A stretch of 32,000 bases of DNA from an uncultured archaeon (GCA_964577555.1 CAZNZM010000009.1:1-32000), one strand, 5' to 3'; numbered from the stretch's first letter, positions 9,065-18,633 are shown. Translations and numbers: made by a program. Notes: a model not told the origin generated them from the sequence alone.

Positions 9065-9167
9065 ATTTTTTTTTGATTGTGAAATGGTAAAAAATTTTAG
9101 TAGCTTGGAAAAATGGTTTGTTTGGAAACCAATTTATTTAAATATATGAAAACATTTCTTGAATAAA

Positions 9168-11723
9168 ATGGATAATAAGTATTGGGCGCTTGACGAGTCC
9201 AGCCTTTTTTCAGTTTTGAACAGCTCTGCTTCTGGGCTTTCTTCTTTTGAAGCTAAGGAAAGGTTGGTTAAATATGGGCTTAATGAAATTCCTGTTTCAA
9301 AAAAGCCTGAAGCTTTGCGGTTGTTTGTTGCGCAGTTGAAGAATCCGCTTGTTTTGATTCTTGTCATTGCAGCCACAATGTCTTTTTTTCTCGGAGAACA
9401 AATTGAAGCATTGGTTATTTTTGGAATCGTTTTGATTAATTCAATTTTGGGTTTTTATCAGGAGTACAAGGCTGAAAAAATTTTGTATGATTTGAGAAAA
9501 ATGGTTATATTGAATGCAAAGGTTTTGCGTGATGGAAAAGAAGTTGAGATTGATTCAAGGGAAATAGTTCCGGGGGACATAGTGTTTCTTAATATTGGGG
9601 ATGTGGTTCCTGCTGACATAAGGCTTTTGCATTCTGAAGATCTTGCAGCCAATGAATCAAATCTTACTGGCGAATCCAGGCCTGTTGAAAAAAAGCCTTG
9701 TATTGTCAAGCCGGAAGTGAGCCTTCCGCAAGACATGGTTAACATGGTTTTTGAAGGTACTTCTATTACAAATGGAATCGGAAAAGGGATTGTGGTTGCA
9801 ACAGGAATGTCAACTTTTTTTGGAAAGTCCGCTTCTTATCTTAAAGAAAAACAGCGTTCAACTTATTTTCAACAAAACATAGAAAACTTTGGAGCCATGT
9901 TGCTTAAATTAGTTCTTTTAATGACTTTTTTTATTTTTATAGCAAATTTTGTGCTAGGCAAGCCTTTATTAGAGTCTTTTATTTTTTCTATTGCTCTTGC
10001 TGTAGGAATTACTCCTGAAGTTCTGCCTGTGGTTGTGACAATTTCTCTATCTGATGGAGCCATGCGTATGGCTAAAAAAAAGGTAATAATAAAAAAATTG
10101 GTTTCGGTAGAGGATTTTGGGAATATTGATACTCTTTGTTGTGACAAAACTGGGACTTTGACGGAAGGCTCTCTAAAACTTTTTGAATATGTTAACCTTG
10201 ATGGAAAAAAGGACAAAAAATTGCTTTTGTATGGAATGTTGTGCAATTCTGGTAAAAAAGTCGGTAAAAAAAAGTCTTTTGGGAATCCTGTTGACAAGGC
10301 TATTTGGGATTCAGATGAATCTTTTGGATTGATGGATGATTTTGCCAAATTTGAATTAGTTGATGAAGCGGAGTTCGATTTTGAACGCAGAAGAATGTCT
10401 GTTCTTGTAAATAATAATGGAAAAAAGGCTTTGATTGTAAAAGGCTCGCCTTTGTCTGTCATTTCTGTATGTGATTTTGTCTTGATCAAATCGCGCCTGG
10501 TAAGGCTTGGAAAAAAGCAAATGCAAGATTTTATTGATAAAGTTGAAAATTTTGAACGCAATGGTTTTATTGTAATTGCTGTTGCTGAAAAAGATGCTTC
10601 TGGTTATGAGAAGATTTCGACAAAGGATGAAAACAGGCTTGTTCTTTTAGGGTTTTTGGTTTTTCATGATCCGCCAAAGCATAGTGCAAAAGAATCTTTG
10701 AAGACTTTGCAGGAATTGGGGGTTAATATAAAAATAATAACTGGAGATAGCCATATTGTAACTAGAAAAATATGCGAGGAAGTGGGGCTTTCCATATATA
10801 AAAACAAGGTTGTTATTGGTGATGAACTTGCAAGCCTTGGAGAAAAGGAGTTTGAGAGTTATGTTCATTCATATAACGTATTCGCGCGTATTACTCCAGA
10901 ACAAAAGTTCAAAATAGTTTCAGCTTTGAACAAGGAAGGGCATGTAGTTGGTTATTTGGGTGATGGTGTTAATGATGTTCCTGCGTTGAAAGCAGCAGAT
11001 GTTTCAATTACAGTTGATACAGCTTCAGGAATAGCAAAAGATGCTGCAGATATAATAATTCTAAATAAAAGCTTGAAAGTTGTTGTTGATGGTCTTTTGG
11101 AAGGGAGAAAGACTTTTGGGAATATTACAAAATATATTTTGAATACTATTAGCGCAAATTTTGGAAACATGTTTACCGTTGCTTTTTCATCGCTTTTCTT
11201 GAAATTTATTCCTTTGTTGCCTTCTCAAATACTTTTAAACAATTTTATAAGTGATGTTCCCTTGCTTACAATTTCGAAGGACAATGTGGACAAGGAAATG
11301 CTTAAGAAACCGAAGAAGTGGAATCTTGACTTGATTTCAAAATTCATGATATATTTTGGAATAATAAGCACTTTTTTTGACTTGTTATTGATTTTTGCTT
11401 TGATTTTTTTCTTTAATGTGTCTCAGGAAGTTTTCAGGACTGCTTGGTTTGTTGAATCTGCTATCTCTGAAATAATTGTAACTTTTTCAATAAGGACCAA
11501 ATTGCCTTTCTACAAAAGTGTCCCTTCAAAATTACTTTTGATAACATCCGCTGGCGCTATTTTGTTGATTTTTTGGATTGTTTATTCGTCATTTGGCGGT
11601 TCTTTGTTTGAGTTTGTAATTTTGCCTATGGAAATAATTTGGCTTATATTGCTTGTTTTGGCGCTGTATTTTATCATTGTGGAAATAGTGAAAAAAGTAT
11701 TTTATTCTAAATATGATTTGTGA
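9168..11723 (+). CDS. mgtA: Magnesium-transporting P-type ATPase (MgtA-like)
   Basis: LTGESRPVEK, CCDKTGTLTEG and GDGVNDVPALK. The MgtA-like C-terminal segment LNNFISDVPLLTISKDNVDKEMLKKPKKWNLDLISKFM. The ATG at 9168 is preferred over the TTG at 9159: TTTATTTAAATATAT at 9134-9148 fits a near-leaderless transcript. Confidence 0.9.
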   Translation: MDNKYWALDESSLFSVLNSSASGLSSFEAKERLVKYGLNEIPVSKKPEALRLFVAQLKNPLVLILVIAATMSFFLGEQIEALVIFGIVLINSILGFYQEYKAEKILYDLRKMVILNAKVLRDGKEVEIDSREIVPGDIVFLNIGDVVPADIRLLHSEDLAANESNLTGESRPVEKKPCIVKPEVSLPQDMVNMVFEGTSITNGIGKGIVVATGMSTFFGKSASYLKEKQRSTYFQQNIENFGAMLLKLVLLMTFFIFIANFVLGKPLLESFIFSIALAVGITPEVLPVVVTISLSDGAMRMAKKKVIIKKLVSVEDFGNIDTLCCDKTGTLTEGSLKLFEYVNLDGKKDKKLLLYGMLCNSGKKVGKKKSFGNPVDKAIWDSDESFGLMDDFAKFELVDEAEFDFERRRMSVLVNNNGKKALIVKGSPLSVISVCDFVLIKSRLVRLGKKQMQDFIDKVENFERNGFIVIAVAEKDASGYEKISTKDENRLVLLGFLVFHDPPKHSAKESLKTLQELGVNIKIITGDSHIVTRKICEEVGLSIYKNKVVIGDELASLGEKEFESYVHSYNVFARITPEQKFKIVSALNKEGHVVGYLGDGVNDVPALKAADVSITVDTASGIAKDAADIIILNKSLKVVVDGLLEGRKTFGNITKYILNTISANFGNMFTVAFSSLFLKFIPLLPSQILLNNFISDVPLLTISKDNVDKEMLKKPKKWNLDLISKFMIYFGIISTFFDLLLIFALIFFFNVSQEVFRTAWFVESAISEIIVTFSIRTKLPFYKSVPSKLLLITSAGAILLIFWIVYSSFGGSLFEFVILPMEIIWLILLVLALYFIIVEIVKKVFYSKYDL

Positions 11724-11732
11724 CTTTGAAGC

Positions 11733-12251
11733 TTATTGCTTTACTTCGTCTTTGATAATTGATTCTATTCTTTTTTTTGCGTTTATTTTTTTTAGAAATT
11801 TTTCTACTGCGTTTGGCACGTATTTTGAAATATTTTCTCCGTTTAGTATTTTTTCTCTGATTTTGGTAGAGTCTATCTTTGCGTTGTTGCTTATTAGTTT
11901 TTGTACTTTTGTTCCATCTGTTTCAAATAGTTCTTTTACAAGTGGGTTGTTGGTGAATACCAAGTCAAAGCTTGGACAGTATGCTCTTATTCTTTGGGTC
12001 CAAAGCGCATATTCTGAAATGTCGTCTACGCAGATTATATAGCACTTTTCAAATATTTTGTCTTCTTTTAAAGCCAAGCCTATCATTTCCACTCTTTCGC
12101 CAGCTGTGAAAGGATTTTCTTTTTGGAATGATTCCTTTGCGCTGCCAACTACTATTACCATTTCGTCAACTTGTTTTAATGCGTTTTTTAGTGCGTTGTG
12201 GTGTCCTAAATGGTATGGCTGAAATCTTCCTACAAAAAGTCCTCTTTTCAT
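11733..12251 (-). CDS. nadM: Archaeal nicotinamide/nicotinate-mononucleotide adenylyltransferase
   Basis: MKRGLFVGRFQPYHLGHHNAL...VIVVGSA...NPFTAGER matches archaeal NMNAT. The ATG at 12251 is preceded by GGTGG and forms an ATGA overlap with the nadC stop. Confidence 0.9.
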   Translation of the reverse strand: MKRGLFVGRFQPYHLGHHNALKNALKQVDEMVIVVGSAKESFQKENPFTAGERVEMIGLALKEDKIFEKCYIICVDDISEYALWTQRIRAYCPSFDLVFTNNPLVKELFETDGTKVQKLISNNAKIDSTKIREKILNGENISKYVPNAVEKFLKKINAKKRIESIIKDEVKQ

Positions 12252-13081
12252 CTTTTTCCCACCCATTCAATGTCCATACTGAAATCCAGTATTTTTGCGT
12301 TTTTTGTTAGTTCTCCCATTGAAATGTAGTCTGCTCCAATGTTCATATAATGTTTAAGGTTTTTTAGTGTAATCCCTCCTGAGAGTTCTATTTTTCCTTT
12401 ATAACCTATTTTTTTGAGTTTTTTTATTGTCTTTTTTGCATTGTTTGGATTGAAATTGTCAAGCATTATCATGTCTGGTTTTTCTTTGGCTGCTTCAAGG
12501 GCTTCTTTTTGGTTTTTTGTTTCAATTTCTGTTTTTTTTCCCGTTTTTTTTGCGCTTTGCAATGCTTCTGTAACGCTTTTGAAAAATTCTAAATGGTTGT
12601 CTTTTATTAGAATCATTTCAGCCAAATTTTTTCTGTGGCTCCAAAGCCCTGCAATTTCTGCGGCTTTTTTGTCCAGAAATTGAAACCCGGGTATTGTTTT
12701 TCTTGTTACTGCCAAAATGGTGTTGGTTTTTTTCATTTTGTTTTTGGCTTTCGTGCAAAGTGTTGCAACGCCTGACATTCTTCCAATTATATTAAGGCAG
12801 ACTCTTTCCAGCGCGAGTATTTTTCTGTTGTTTCCTCTTATTATGAGAATTTTTTGTTTGGGTTTTGCCATGTCGCCGTCTTTTTTCAATTTTTTTGTTT
12901 CAAGCCCGGCACTCTTGAATAGGAATTCCGCTTCTTCAATTCCTGCAAGAACGCATTTTTGGTTTGCCTTGATTGATGCTTGGCATTCTTTTAGCGGGGT
13001 TATTGCAGAAGTTATGTCTCCTTTGCCTATGTCTTCTCGCAAATATCCTTGAAGTTGTTTTTCTATTTCTTGGTTAATCAT
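12248..13081 (-). CDS. nadC: Nicotinate-nucleotide pyrophosphorylase (quinolinate phosphoribosyltransferase)
   Basis: LREDIGKGDITS at the N-terminus, IMLDNF, and KIELSGGITLKN, as in QPRTase. Confidence 0.9.
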   Translation of the reverse strand: MINQEIEKQLQGYLREDIGKGDITSAITPLKECQASIKANQKCVLAGIEEAEFLFKSAGLETKKLKKDGDMAKPKQKILIIRGNNRKILALERVCLNIIGRMSGVATLCTKAKNKMKKTNTILAVTRKTIPGFQFLDKKAAEIAGLWSHRKNLAEMILIKDNHLEFFKSVTEALQSAKKTGKKTEIETKNQKEALEAAKEKPDMIMLDNFNPNNAKKTIKKLKKIGYKGKIELSGGITLKNLKHYMNIGADYISMGELTKNAKILDFSMDIEWVGKR

Positions 13082-13175
13082 TGATTAATTTAAATAACGC
13101 AAGCCTAAAAAAACCATTTTAATATGATTTGAATTAAATTTTTGTTATGTTATTTGATTATCGGTCTTGGTCTTT

Positions 13176-14075
13176 ATGAGAAAGAATTTTGGGGAAAAAA
13201 TCGTTAAAGGTACTTGGAAATTAAAAGATGGTTTGGCGCGCATGCTTAAAGGTGGTTGTATAATGGATGTTGTGAATGCCAAGCAAGCCAAAATTGCTGA
13301 AAGGGCAGGTGCTTGTGCGGTAATGGCTTTGGAAAGGGTGCCTGCTGATATTAGGGCTGCTGGCGGTGTTGCAAGAATGGCTGATCCTGTAAAAGTCAAG
13401 GAGATAATGAATGCTGTTTCTATTCCAGTAATGGCTAAATGCAGGATAGGACATTTTGTTGAAGCCCAGATTTTGCAAGAACTTGGAGTGGATTTTATTG
13501 ACGAATCAGAAGTTCTTACTCCAGCTGACCAGAATTTTCATATAGACAAAAAGACTTTTGAAGTGCCTTTTGTTTGTGGAGCCAGGAATCTTGGCGAAGC
13601 TTTGAGAAGAATCAACGAGGGCGCTGCAATGATAAGGACAAAGGGTGAAGCAGGCACTGGAAATATTATTGAAGCAGTAAGGCATGTCAGGACAATTTCA
13701 AGTGAAATCAGCAGTTTGTCTTTTGCTTCCAAAGAGAGTTTGGAAGAATTTTCAAACATGGAACAAGTTCCGTTTGATTTGGTTTATGAAACTGTGAAAT
13801 TGGGCAGGTTGCCAATTGTGAATTTTGCGGCAGGTGGCATAGCAACTCCTGCCGATGCTGCTTTGATGATGCAACTTGGTTGTGATGGTGTTTTTGTAGG
13901 TTCCGGAATTTTCAAGTCTTCAAACCCTGAAAAAATGGCAAAATCAATTGTTCAGGCAACTACTAATTTTAATGACCCGAAAATTTTGGCAAAGGTTTCG
14001 TCAGGGCTTGGCAATGCAATGGCTGGTATTGAAATTTCAAAGCTTGATGCAAGGCTTCAGGAAAGAGGCGTGTAA
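13176..14075 (+). CDS. pdxS: Pyridoxal 5'-phosphate synthase lyase subunit PdxS
   Basis: [46 protein letters not shown] and [14 protein letters not shown] are near-consensus PdxS. The ATG at 13176 is preferred over the TTG at 13167. Confidence 0.95.
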   Translation: MRKNFGEKIVKGTWKLKDGLARMLKGGCIMDVVNAKQAKIAERAGACAVMALERVPADIRAAGGVARMADPVKVKEIMNAVSIPVMAKCRIGHFVEAQILQELGVDFIDESEVLTPADQNFHIDKKTFEVPFVCGARNLGEALRRINEGAAMIRTKGEAGTGNIIEAVRHVRTISSEISSLSFASKESLEEFSNMEQVPFDLVYETVKLGRLPIVNFAAGGIATPADAALMMQLGCDGVFVGSGIFKSSNPEKMAKSIVQATTNFNDPKILAKVSSGLGNAMAGIEISKLDARLQERGV

Positions 14076-14076
14076 A

Positions 14077-14655
14077 GTGGTTGTTGCGGGAGTTCTTGCT
14101 CTGCAAGGGGATTTTCGGGAACACGTTGCTATTTTTGAATCCATTGGTGTAAAAGCAATTGAAGTCAGAAACAGGCAAGATATTTCCAAATGTGAAATGC
14201 TTGTGATTCCCGGCGGTGAAAGCACTGCCATATCAAACTTGTTTTCGGTTTCCGGATTAGACTTGGAGATAAAGAAAAGAGCCAAACATGGCATGATAGT
14301 ATTTGGCACATGCGCAGGTGCAATATTGCTGGCTAAAAAAGTTGTTGGCGAAAAAAGATATAAGCCTCTTGGCCTAATTGATATTGAAATCAAGCGGAAT
14401 GCTTTTGGCAGACAAATAGATTCTTTTGAAGCTGAAATTAATGCCAAAGGAATTGGGAAGGTGAATGGTGTTTTTATTAGGGCTCCTGAAATTTTGCGAT
14501 GTGGCAAAAAAGTTGAGATTCTTGGAACTTTTCATGATAAACCTGTTCTTGCAAGGCAGCACAATGTTGTTGTTTCAACTTTCCACCCTGAAATTGTAAA
14601 AGATAACAAGATTCACTTGATGTTGGTTGAATTGTCAAAAATTATTCAAAAATGA
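14077..14655 (+). CDS. pdxT: Pyridoxal 5'-phosphate synthase glutaminase subunit PdxT
   Basis: VAGVLALQGDFREH, GTCAGAILLA (Cys nucleophile) and STFHPE. GTG start 2 nt after the pdxS stop. The track's upstream 43 codons overlap pdxS and are rejected. Confidence 0.9.
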   Translation: MVVAGVLALQGDFREHVAIFESIGVKAIEVRNRQDISKCEMLVIPGGESTAISNLFSVSGLDLEIKKRAKHGMIVFGTCAGAILLAKKVVGEKRYKPLGLIDIEIKRNAFGRQIDSFEAEINAKGIGKVNGVFIRAPEILRCGKKVEILGTFHDKPVLARQHNVVVSTFHPEIVKDNKIHLMLVELSKIIQK

Positions 14656-14678
14656 AAAATTCTGTAAAAATTTCAAAA

Positions 14679-15044
14679 TTACATTTTTTCTTTTATTTTG
14701 GCTTTAAGTTTTTCGGTTGTTTTCTTCGCATTATCTTTATTTTTTAAAAGCTTGTTTTTTTCTTTTTTGTTTTTTTCCTTTTTGATTTTCAAATCCAAGT
14801 GCTTGCAATATTCTGCGAGATGGTTTTTCAGTTTTTCCATTATGTTTCTTAAATCCTGTGAATACGTGTGCCTTAGAGTTTTTTTTTGTTCTTCAGGCAA
14901 ATTTCTATTTAAAGCTTCGTGAATTTCCAAGTGTCTTAGTCTTAGCTCGCATTGTGCCACCCTATCATAGAATTTTTCTTCGTGGTGCCTAAGTTTGTCA
15001 TTATTTTCTGAACCTTGGTTTATTGGCTTTTTTGTTTGTTTCAT
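14679..15044 (-). CDS. Hypothetical highly charged, lysine-rich protein
   Basis: ATG-initiated 121-aa ORF with TTATATATA about 25-35 nt upstream on its strand. Helical His/Arg-rich core and a KKEKNKKEKNK...KAKIKEK tail. No recognisable family. Confidence 0.5.
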   Translation of the reverse strand: MKQTKKPINQGSENNDKLRHHEEKFYDRVAQCELRLRHLEIHEALNRNLPEEQKKTLRHTYSQDLRNIMEKLKNHLAEYCKHLDLKIKKEKNKKEKNKLLKNKDNAKKTTEKLKAKIKEKM

Positions 15045-15264
15045 TTAATCGTATTTTTACTTCTTTGTTATATATAATTTTCACGTTTAACGCAAAAAAC
15101 CACAGTATTAAAATTTTCAAATCAAAATTTGAAGACACATTATTTTTTGTTTGTTTTTGCCAGCCGATTTTTTAAGGCGATTATTTTTGCTTTATTAAAT
15201 ATAATGAATCAGCAACAATAGTTGTTATAAATATGTTTTGTGCTTTTTTTAATGGTGTTTGGGT

Positions 15265-16290
15265 TTGGGCACGGCTATTGGGGACATTGTTCCTCGCCAA
15301 AAAATTTCGCTGGAAAGCCTTAATGCAAAAACTCTTGGAGTTGATTCTTACAATATAATTTATCAGTTTCTTTCAAGTATTAGAGGTGAAGATGGAAATC
15401 CTTTAAAGGATTCGCATGGAAATTTGACATCGCATCTTGCAGGGTTGTTTTATCGCAGCGTTAGCCTTTGTGAAAATGGAGTGCGTTTGGTTTTTGTTTT
15501 TGACGGCAAGCCTTCCGCTTTAAAATCCGAGACACTAAAAAAAAGACATGAAATAAGGACTGAAGCCTTTGAAATGCATAAAAAAGCTATAGCTGAAGGG
15601 AATTTGGAAGATGCCAAAAAATTCGGTTCAAGGGCTTTGAAGCTTGATGAAAAAATGGTTAATGATGCAAAGGAATTGATTTCTGCAATGGGGTTTCCAT
15701 GCATACAAGCTCCAAGTGAAGGCGAAGCGCAAGCTTCTTTCATGGCTAAAATGGGCAAAATAGATGGAGTTGTGAGCCAGGATTATGATTCTTTGCTTTT
15801 TGGGTGTCCTACTCTTTATAGAAATGTCGCGGTAACTGGAAAAAGAAAAGTTCCAGGGCGAAATATATGGGCTGATATAAGTCCTGAAAAAATATTGTTG
15901 GAACAAGTTTTGAATGACAATAATATTTCCAGAGAAAAGTTGATTTGGATAGGCATTTTGGTTGGAACCGATTTTAATGAAAAATTTCCAAAAATTGGAA
16001 TAAAAACAGCATTAAAGCTTGCCAAGTCTTCAAATTCGTTTGAAGAAATCATTTCTAAAACAGGTTTTCAACCTGACTTTGATTATCGTGTTATTGAAGA
16101 AATTTTTCTCAATCCTGAAGTTGACACAAGTTTCACAATTTCCTTTTCAAAGCCTGACAGGGAAAAAATAGTTAATTTCCTTTGCGACAAACATGATTTT
16201 TCCTTTGAACGTGTCCAAAAATCCTTGGATAGGCTTGAATCAAATTTTAGTGAAAATGCGAAACAATCCACTTTGGGCAGGTGGTTTTAG
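15265..16290 (+). CDS. fen: Flap endonuclease 1
   Basis: MGTAIGDIVPRQKISLESL aligns residue-for-residue with the remembered Pyrococcus FEN1 N-terminus MGVPIGEIIPRKEIELENL. Also GVDSYNIIYQFLSSIR, SQDYDSLLFG, ILVGTDFN, and the C-terminal PIP box QSTLGRWF. Start is the TTG at 15265, with GGTG 7 nt upstream. The TTG at 15259 is only 1 nt from that GGTG. Confidence 0.95.
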   Translation: MGTAIGDIVPRQKISLESLNAKTLGVDSYNIIYQFLSSIRGEDGNPLKDSHGNLTSHLAGLFYRSVSLCENGVRLVFVFDGKPSALKSETLKKRHEIRTEAFEMHKKAIAEGNLEDAKKFGSRALKLDEKMVNDAKELISAMGFPCIQAPSEGEAQASFMAKMGKIDGVVSQDYDSLLFGCPTLYRNVAVTGKRKVPGRNIWADISPEKILLEQVLNDNNISREKLIWIGILVGTDFNEKFPKIGIKTALKLAKSSNSFEEIISKTGFQPDFDYRVIEEIFLNPEVDTSFTISFSKPDREKIVNFLCDKHDFSFERVQKSLDRLESNFSENAKQSTLGRWF

Positions 16291-17384
16291 TGGGTTACAA
16301 TTTGCCTGTAAAAATTATTTTTGGTGAAAAAACATTTCCAATGCTGTTTGAAGAGTTAAGAAATCACGGGATAAAAAAGCCATTGCTTGTATGCGGAAAA
16401 AGTTTTATTGCTTCTTCGCGTTTCAAAGTTTTCAGGGAAAATGTTCCGCGCTTTGAACTTTATTCTGAAATTGAACCTAATCCTTCAATATATTCTGTTG
16501 ATTTGGGCGCAAAAATATTGAATTCAAAAGGGTGTGATGCTGTTGTAGGCATAGGTGGTGGAAGCGTATTGGATGCTTCAAAAGTTATTGCATGTATGAA
16601 AAACAGAAAAAAAAGTTGTTTTGGTTTTTATAAAAAAATTGATATTGTTTCCCAAGTTCCTTTTTTTGCGTTGCCTACTACTGCTGGTTCAGGGAGTGAA
16701 GCAACTAAATTTGCAGTGCTGACAAAACCCGACGGTTCAAAAAAAAGTGTTTTACCTGATGATAGGTTTTATGCAAAAGTTGCAATAGTTGACCCTGAAC
16801 TGACTTATACTTGTCCTCCTAATGTGACTGCTTCCTCTGGTTTAGATGCTTTTTGCCAAGGAATTGAAAGTTATTGGGCTGTGAATTCAACAGAAGAAAC
16901 CAGAAGGTTTTCCGCTGAAGCGATTTCGCTTGCCTATTACAATTTGGACAAGGCTGTGCAAGAACCTGATAGACAAGTAAGACATAATATGAGTTTAGCT
17001 TCTCTTACTTCGGCAAAGGCTTTCAGCCAAACAGGCACTACTGGTTGTCATCAGGTTTCATATGCATTTACCAAATATTACGGCATTGCGCATGGTTTTG
17101 CCGTAGCACTTGTCCTTCCATGGTTTCTTGAGTTTTATTACTCTAAGGTTCCTGAACGTTGCAACGAAATTTGCAAGCTGATTGGAGCAAAAAATATTGA
17201 AGATGCACAAAACAAAATAAGGAGTATGATGCGTTTTATTGGTGCTCCTGTTTCTTTGCGCGACATAGGTTGCAAAGTTGAAGATTTTGAAAAAATTGTC
17301 AAAATGTCAGTCGGTAAAAGAGAACAAAATCCAATACAACACAAGAAAAGCGATTTAATGCGAATGCTTAAAGAGATTTTTTGA
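16281..17384 (+). CDS. Iron-containing (class III) alcohol dehydrogenase family oxidoreductase
   Basis: VGIGGGSVLDASKVIA and LPTTAGSGSEATKFAVLT are the Fe-ADH signatures, not the glycerol-1-phosphate dehydrogenase variant. The start is GTG at either 16281 or 16290; both overlap the fen stop. Confidence 0.85.
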   Translation: MVLVGYNLPVKIIFGEKTFPMLFEELRNHGIKKPLLVCGKSFIASSRFKVFRENVPRFELYSEIEPNPSIYSVDLGAKILNSKGCDAVVGIGGGSVLDASKVIACMKNRKKSCFGFYKKIDIVSQVPFFALPTTAGSGSEATKFAVLTKPDGSKKSVLPDDRFYAKVAIVDPELTYTCPPNVTASSGLDAFCQGIESYWAVNSTEETRRFSAEAISLAYYNLDKAVQEPDRQVRHNMSLASLTSAKAFSQTGTTGCHQVSYAFTKYYGIAHGFAVALVLPWFLEFYYSKVPERCNEICKLIGAKNIEDAQNKIRSMMRFIGAPVSLRDIGCKVEDFEKIVKMSVGKREQNPIQHKKSDLMRMLKEIF

Positions 17385-18633
17385 CGATTAGTTTTTTTTT
17401 GAAAAATTTTTTAGCATATCCAATAAGATATATTGAGCCAGTTATTAGAAGCAAACTTTTTTTGTCTGTTTTTTTTAACGCTGAAATTATTGCTTTTTTT
17501 GGATTTGGTTCAACCAAGCCAAAACCTATTTCTTGCCTTAATTCAAAGGGGTTTTTTGCCCTGTTGGAATCCGGTTTTGTCAGTATAAGATTGTCAGCTT
17601 TTTTGATTTTTGGAATGCTACTTTTTATGTCTTTGTCATCCAAGACGCCGAAAACCATTGTCAATTTTTTAAATTTAAACATTTTAATTGATTCAAAAAG
17701 TTTTTTCCAACCATCAGGATTATGGCTTGCATCAATAATTACTTTAGGTTTTTTCATTATTACTTGTATTCTTCCAGGCCAAAATGTTTTTTTCAATCCT
17801 GCGCGTATTGCTTTTACTGGTATTTTTGCTCCTTTTTCTCTTAAAGCAATTGCACAAGCTGTTGCAATTGCCGCGTTTTCTATTTGATAGGAACCTATTA
17901 ACTTTGTTTTTAAGCCTTTGATTTTTACTGGTTTTTCAAGGCTGAATTCGTTTCCACTCAAATTTGATTTGACTTTTTTCCATTCAACCACAAAAACTTT
18001 GCAATTATTGTTTTTTGCTTTTTGCAAAATTGTTTTTAAGCCAAGATTATTTTTTCCAACCACCACAATTGAATCTTTTTTTATGATGCCTGCTTTTTCC
18101 AAAGCAATTTTTTCAATTGTATTGCCAAGGTATTGCGTATGTTCAAGCGAGATTGAGGTTATTGCACAAACAATGCCTTTGAGTACGTTTGTTGCATCCA
18201 AACGCCCCCCCATTCCAACTTCTGCCACCAAATAATCTATTTTTTGCTTTTCAAAATAAATAAATGCCATTAAAGTTATTGCTTCAAAGTAATTAGGTTT
18301 AATTTTATTGGAATCTATTATTTTCTTTACTTTTCGAGCCAACTTTGAAAATTCTTTTTTTGAAATGTCTTTTCCGTTGATTTTTATTCTTTCAGTAGGC
18401 TCCACAAGATGAGGTGAACTGTAAAATCCTGTTTTATAACCTGATTGAATCAAAATTGTTGATATGAATTGGCATGTTGAACCTTTGCCATTGCTTCCGG
18501 CAACATGAATGGTTTTGAATTTTTCAGGTTTTATTTTGGCGATTTTGCAAAGCAATTTTATTGTTTCAAGATTGAATCCTTTCATTGCCATTTTCAACGA
18601 TTTTAACCATTCTTTACTTTGTTTGTAATTCAT
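17368..18633 (-). CDS. folC: Folylpolyglutamate synthase/dihydrofolate synthase (Mur-ligase family, FolC-like)
   Basis: HVAGSNGKGSTC P-loop, YSSPHLVEPTERIKING, and DASHNP. The start is moved to the ATG at 18633 (MNYKQSKEWL). Confidence 0.85.
   Translation of the reverse strand: MNYKQSKEWLKSLKMAMKGFNLETIKLLCKIAKIKPEKFKTIHVAGSNGKGSTCQFISTILIQSGYKTGFYSSPHLVEPTERIKINGKDISKKEFSKLARKVKKIIDSNKIKPNYFEAITLMAFIYFEKQKIDYLVAEVGMGGRLDATNVLKGIVCAITSISLEHTQYLGNTIEKIALEKAGIIKKDSIVVVGKNNLGLKTILQKAKNNNCKVFVVEWKKVKSNLSGNEFSLEKPVKIKGLKTKLIGSYQIENAAIATACAIALREKGAKIPVKAIRAGLKKTFWPGRIQVIMKKPKVIIDASHNPDGWKKLFESIKMFKFKKLTMVFGVLDDKDIKSSIPKIKKADNLILTKPDSNRAKNPFELRQEIGFGLVEPNPKKAIISALKKTDKKSLLLITGSIYLIGYAKKFFKKKLIVKKSL

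Noticed and set aside
9065-9167. Possible Mg-sensing leader (M-box-like) or attenuator upstream of mgtA. A small hairpin TGGTTT-gtttgg-AAACCA is present.
   Set aside because: The region is about 100 nt, and the TATA-like element sits about 20-30 nt from the ATG, implying a near-leaderless mRNA. A 6-bp AT-rich hairpin is insufficient, and the M-box is a much larger bacterial element.
9869-10561. 230-aa minus-strand ORF inside mgtA. Other long antisense ORFs include 2754-3207, 12414-13052, 14037-14507, 17381-17887 and 23270-24004.
   Set aside because: Each lies wholly antisense to a gene with strong family motifs. Their translations are low-complexity Ser/Phe/Leu/Ile-rich strings with no motifs. 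This is typical shadow-frame readthrough opposite Lys/Glu-rich AT-biased genes.
15045-15264. 220-nt intergenic region between the Lys-rich gene and fen, inspected for a small RNA or C/D-box sRNA. Hairpins TTCAAAT-caaa-ATTTGAA and AACAA-tag-TTGTT were noted.
   Set aside because: The stems are short and AT-only, and no C (RUGAUGA) or D (CUGA) box pair is present. The region is adequately explained by two divergent promoters (TTATATATA for the minus gene; TTATAAATAT and TTTATTAAATATAAT for fen).
16281-17384. Considered calling the Fe-ADH-family gene glycerol-1-phosphate dehydrogenase (EgsA), which would pair with the DGGGPS-like gene for lipid synthesis.
   Set aside because: It carries the classical Fe-ADH motifs GGGSVLDASK and PTTAGSGSE rather than the G1PDH pattern, so I kept the generic call.
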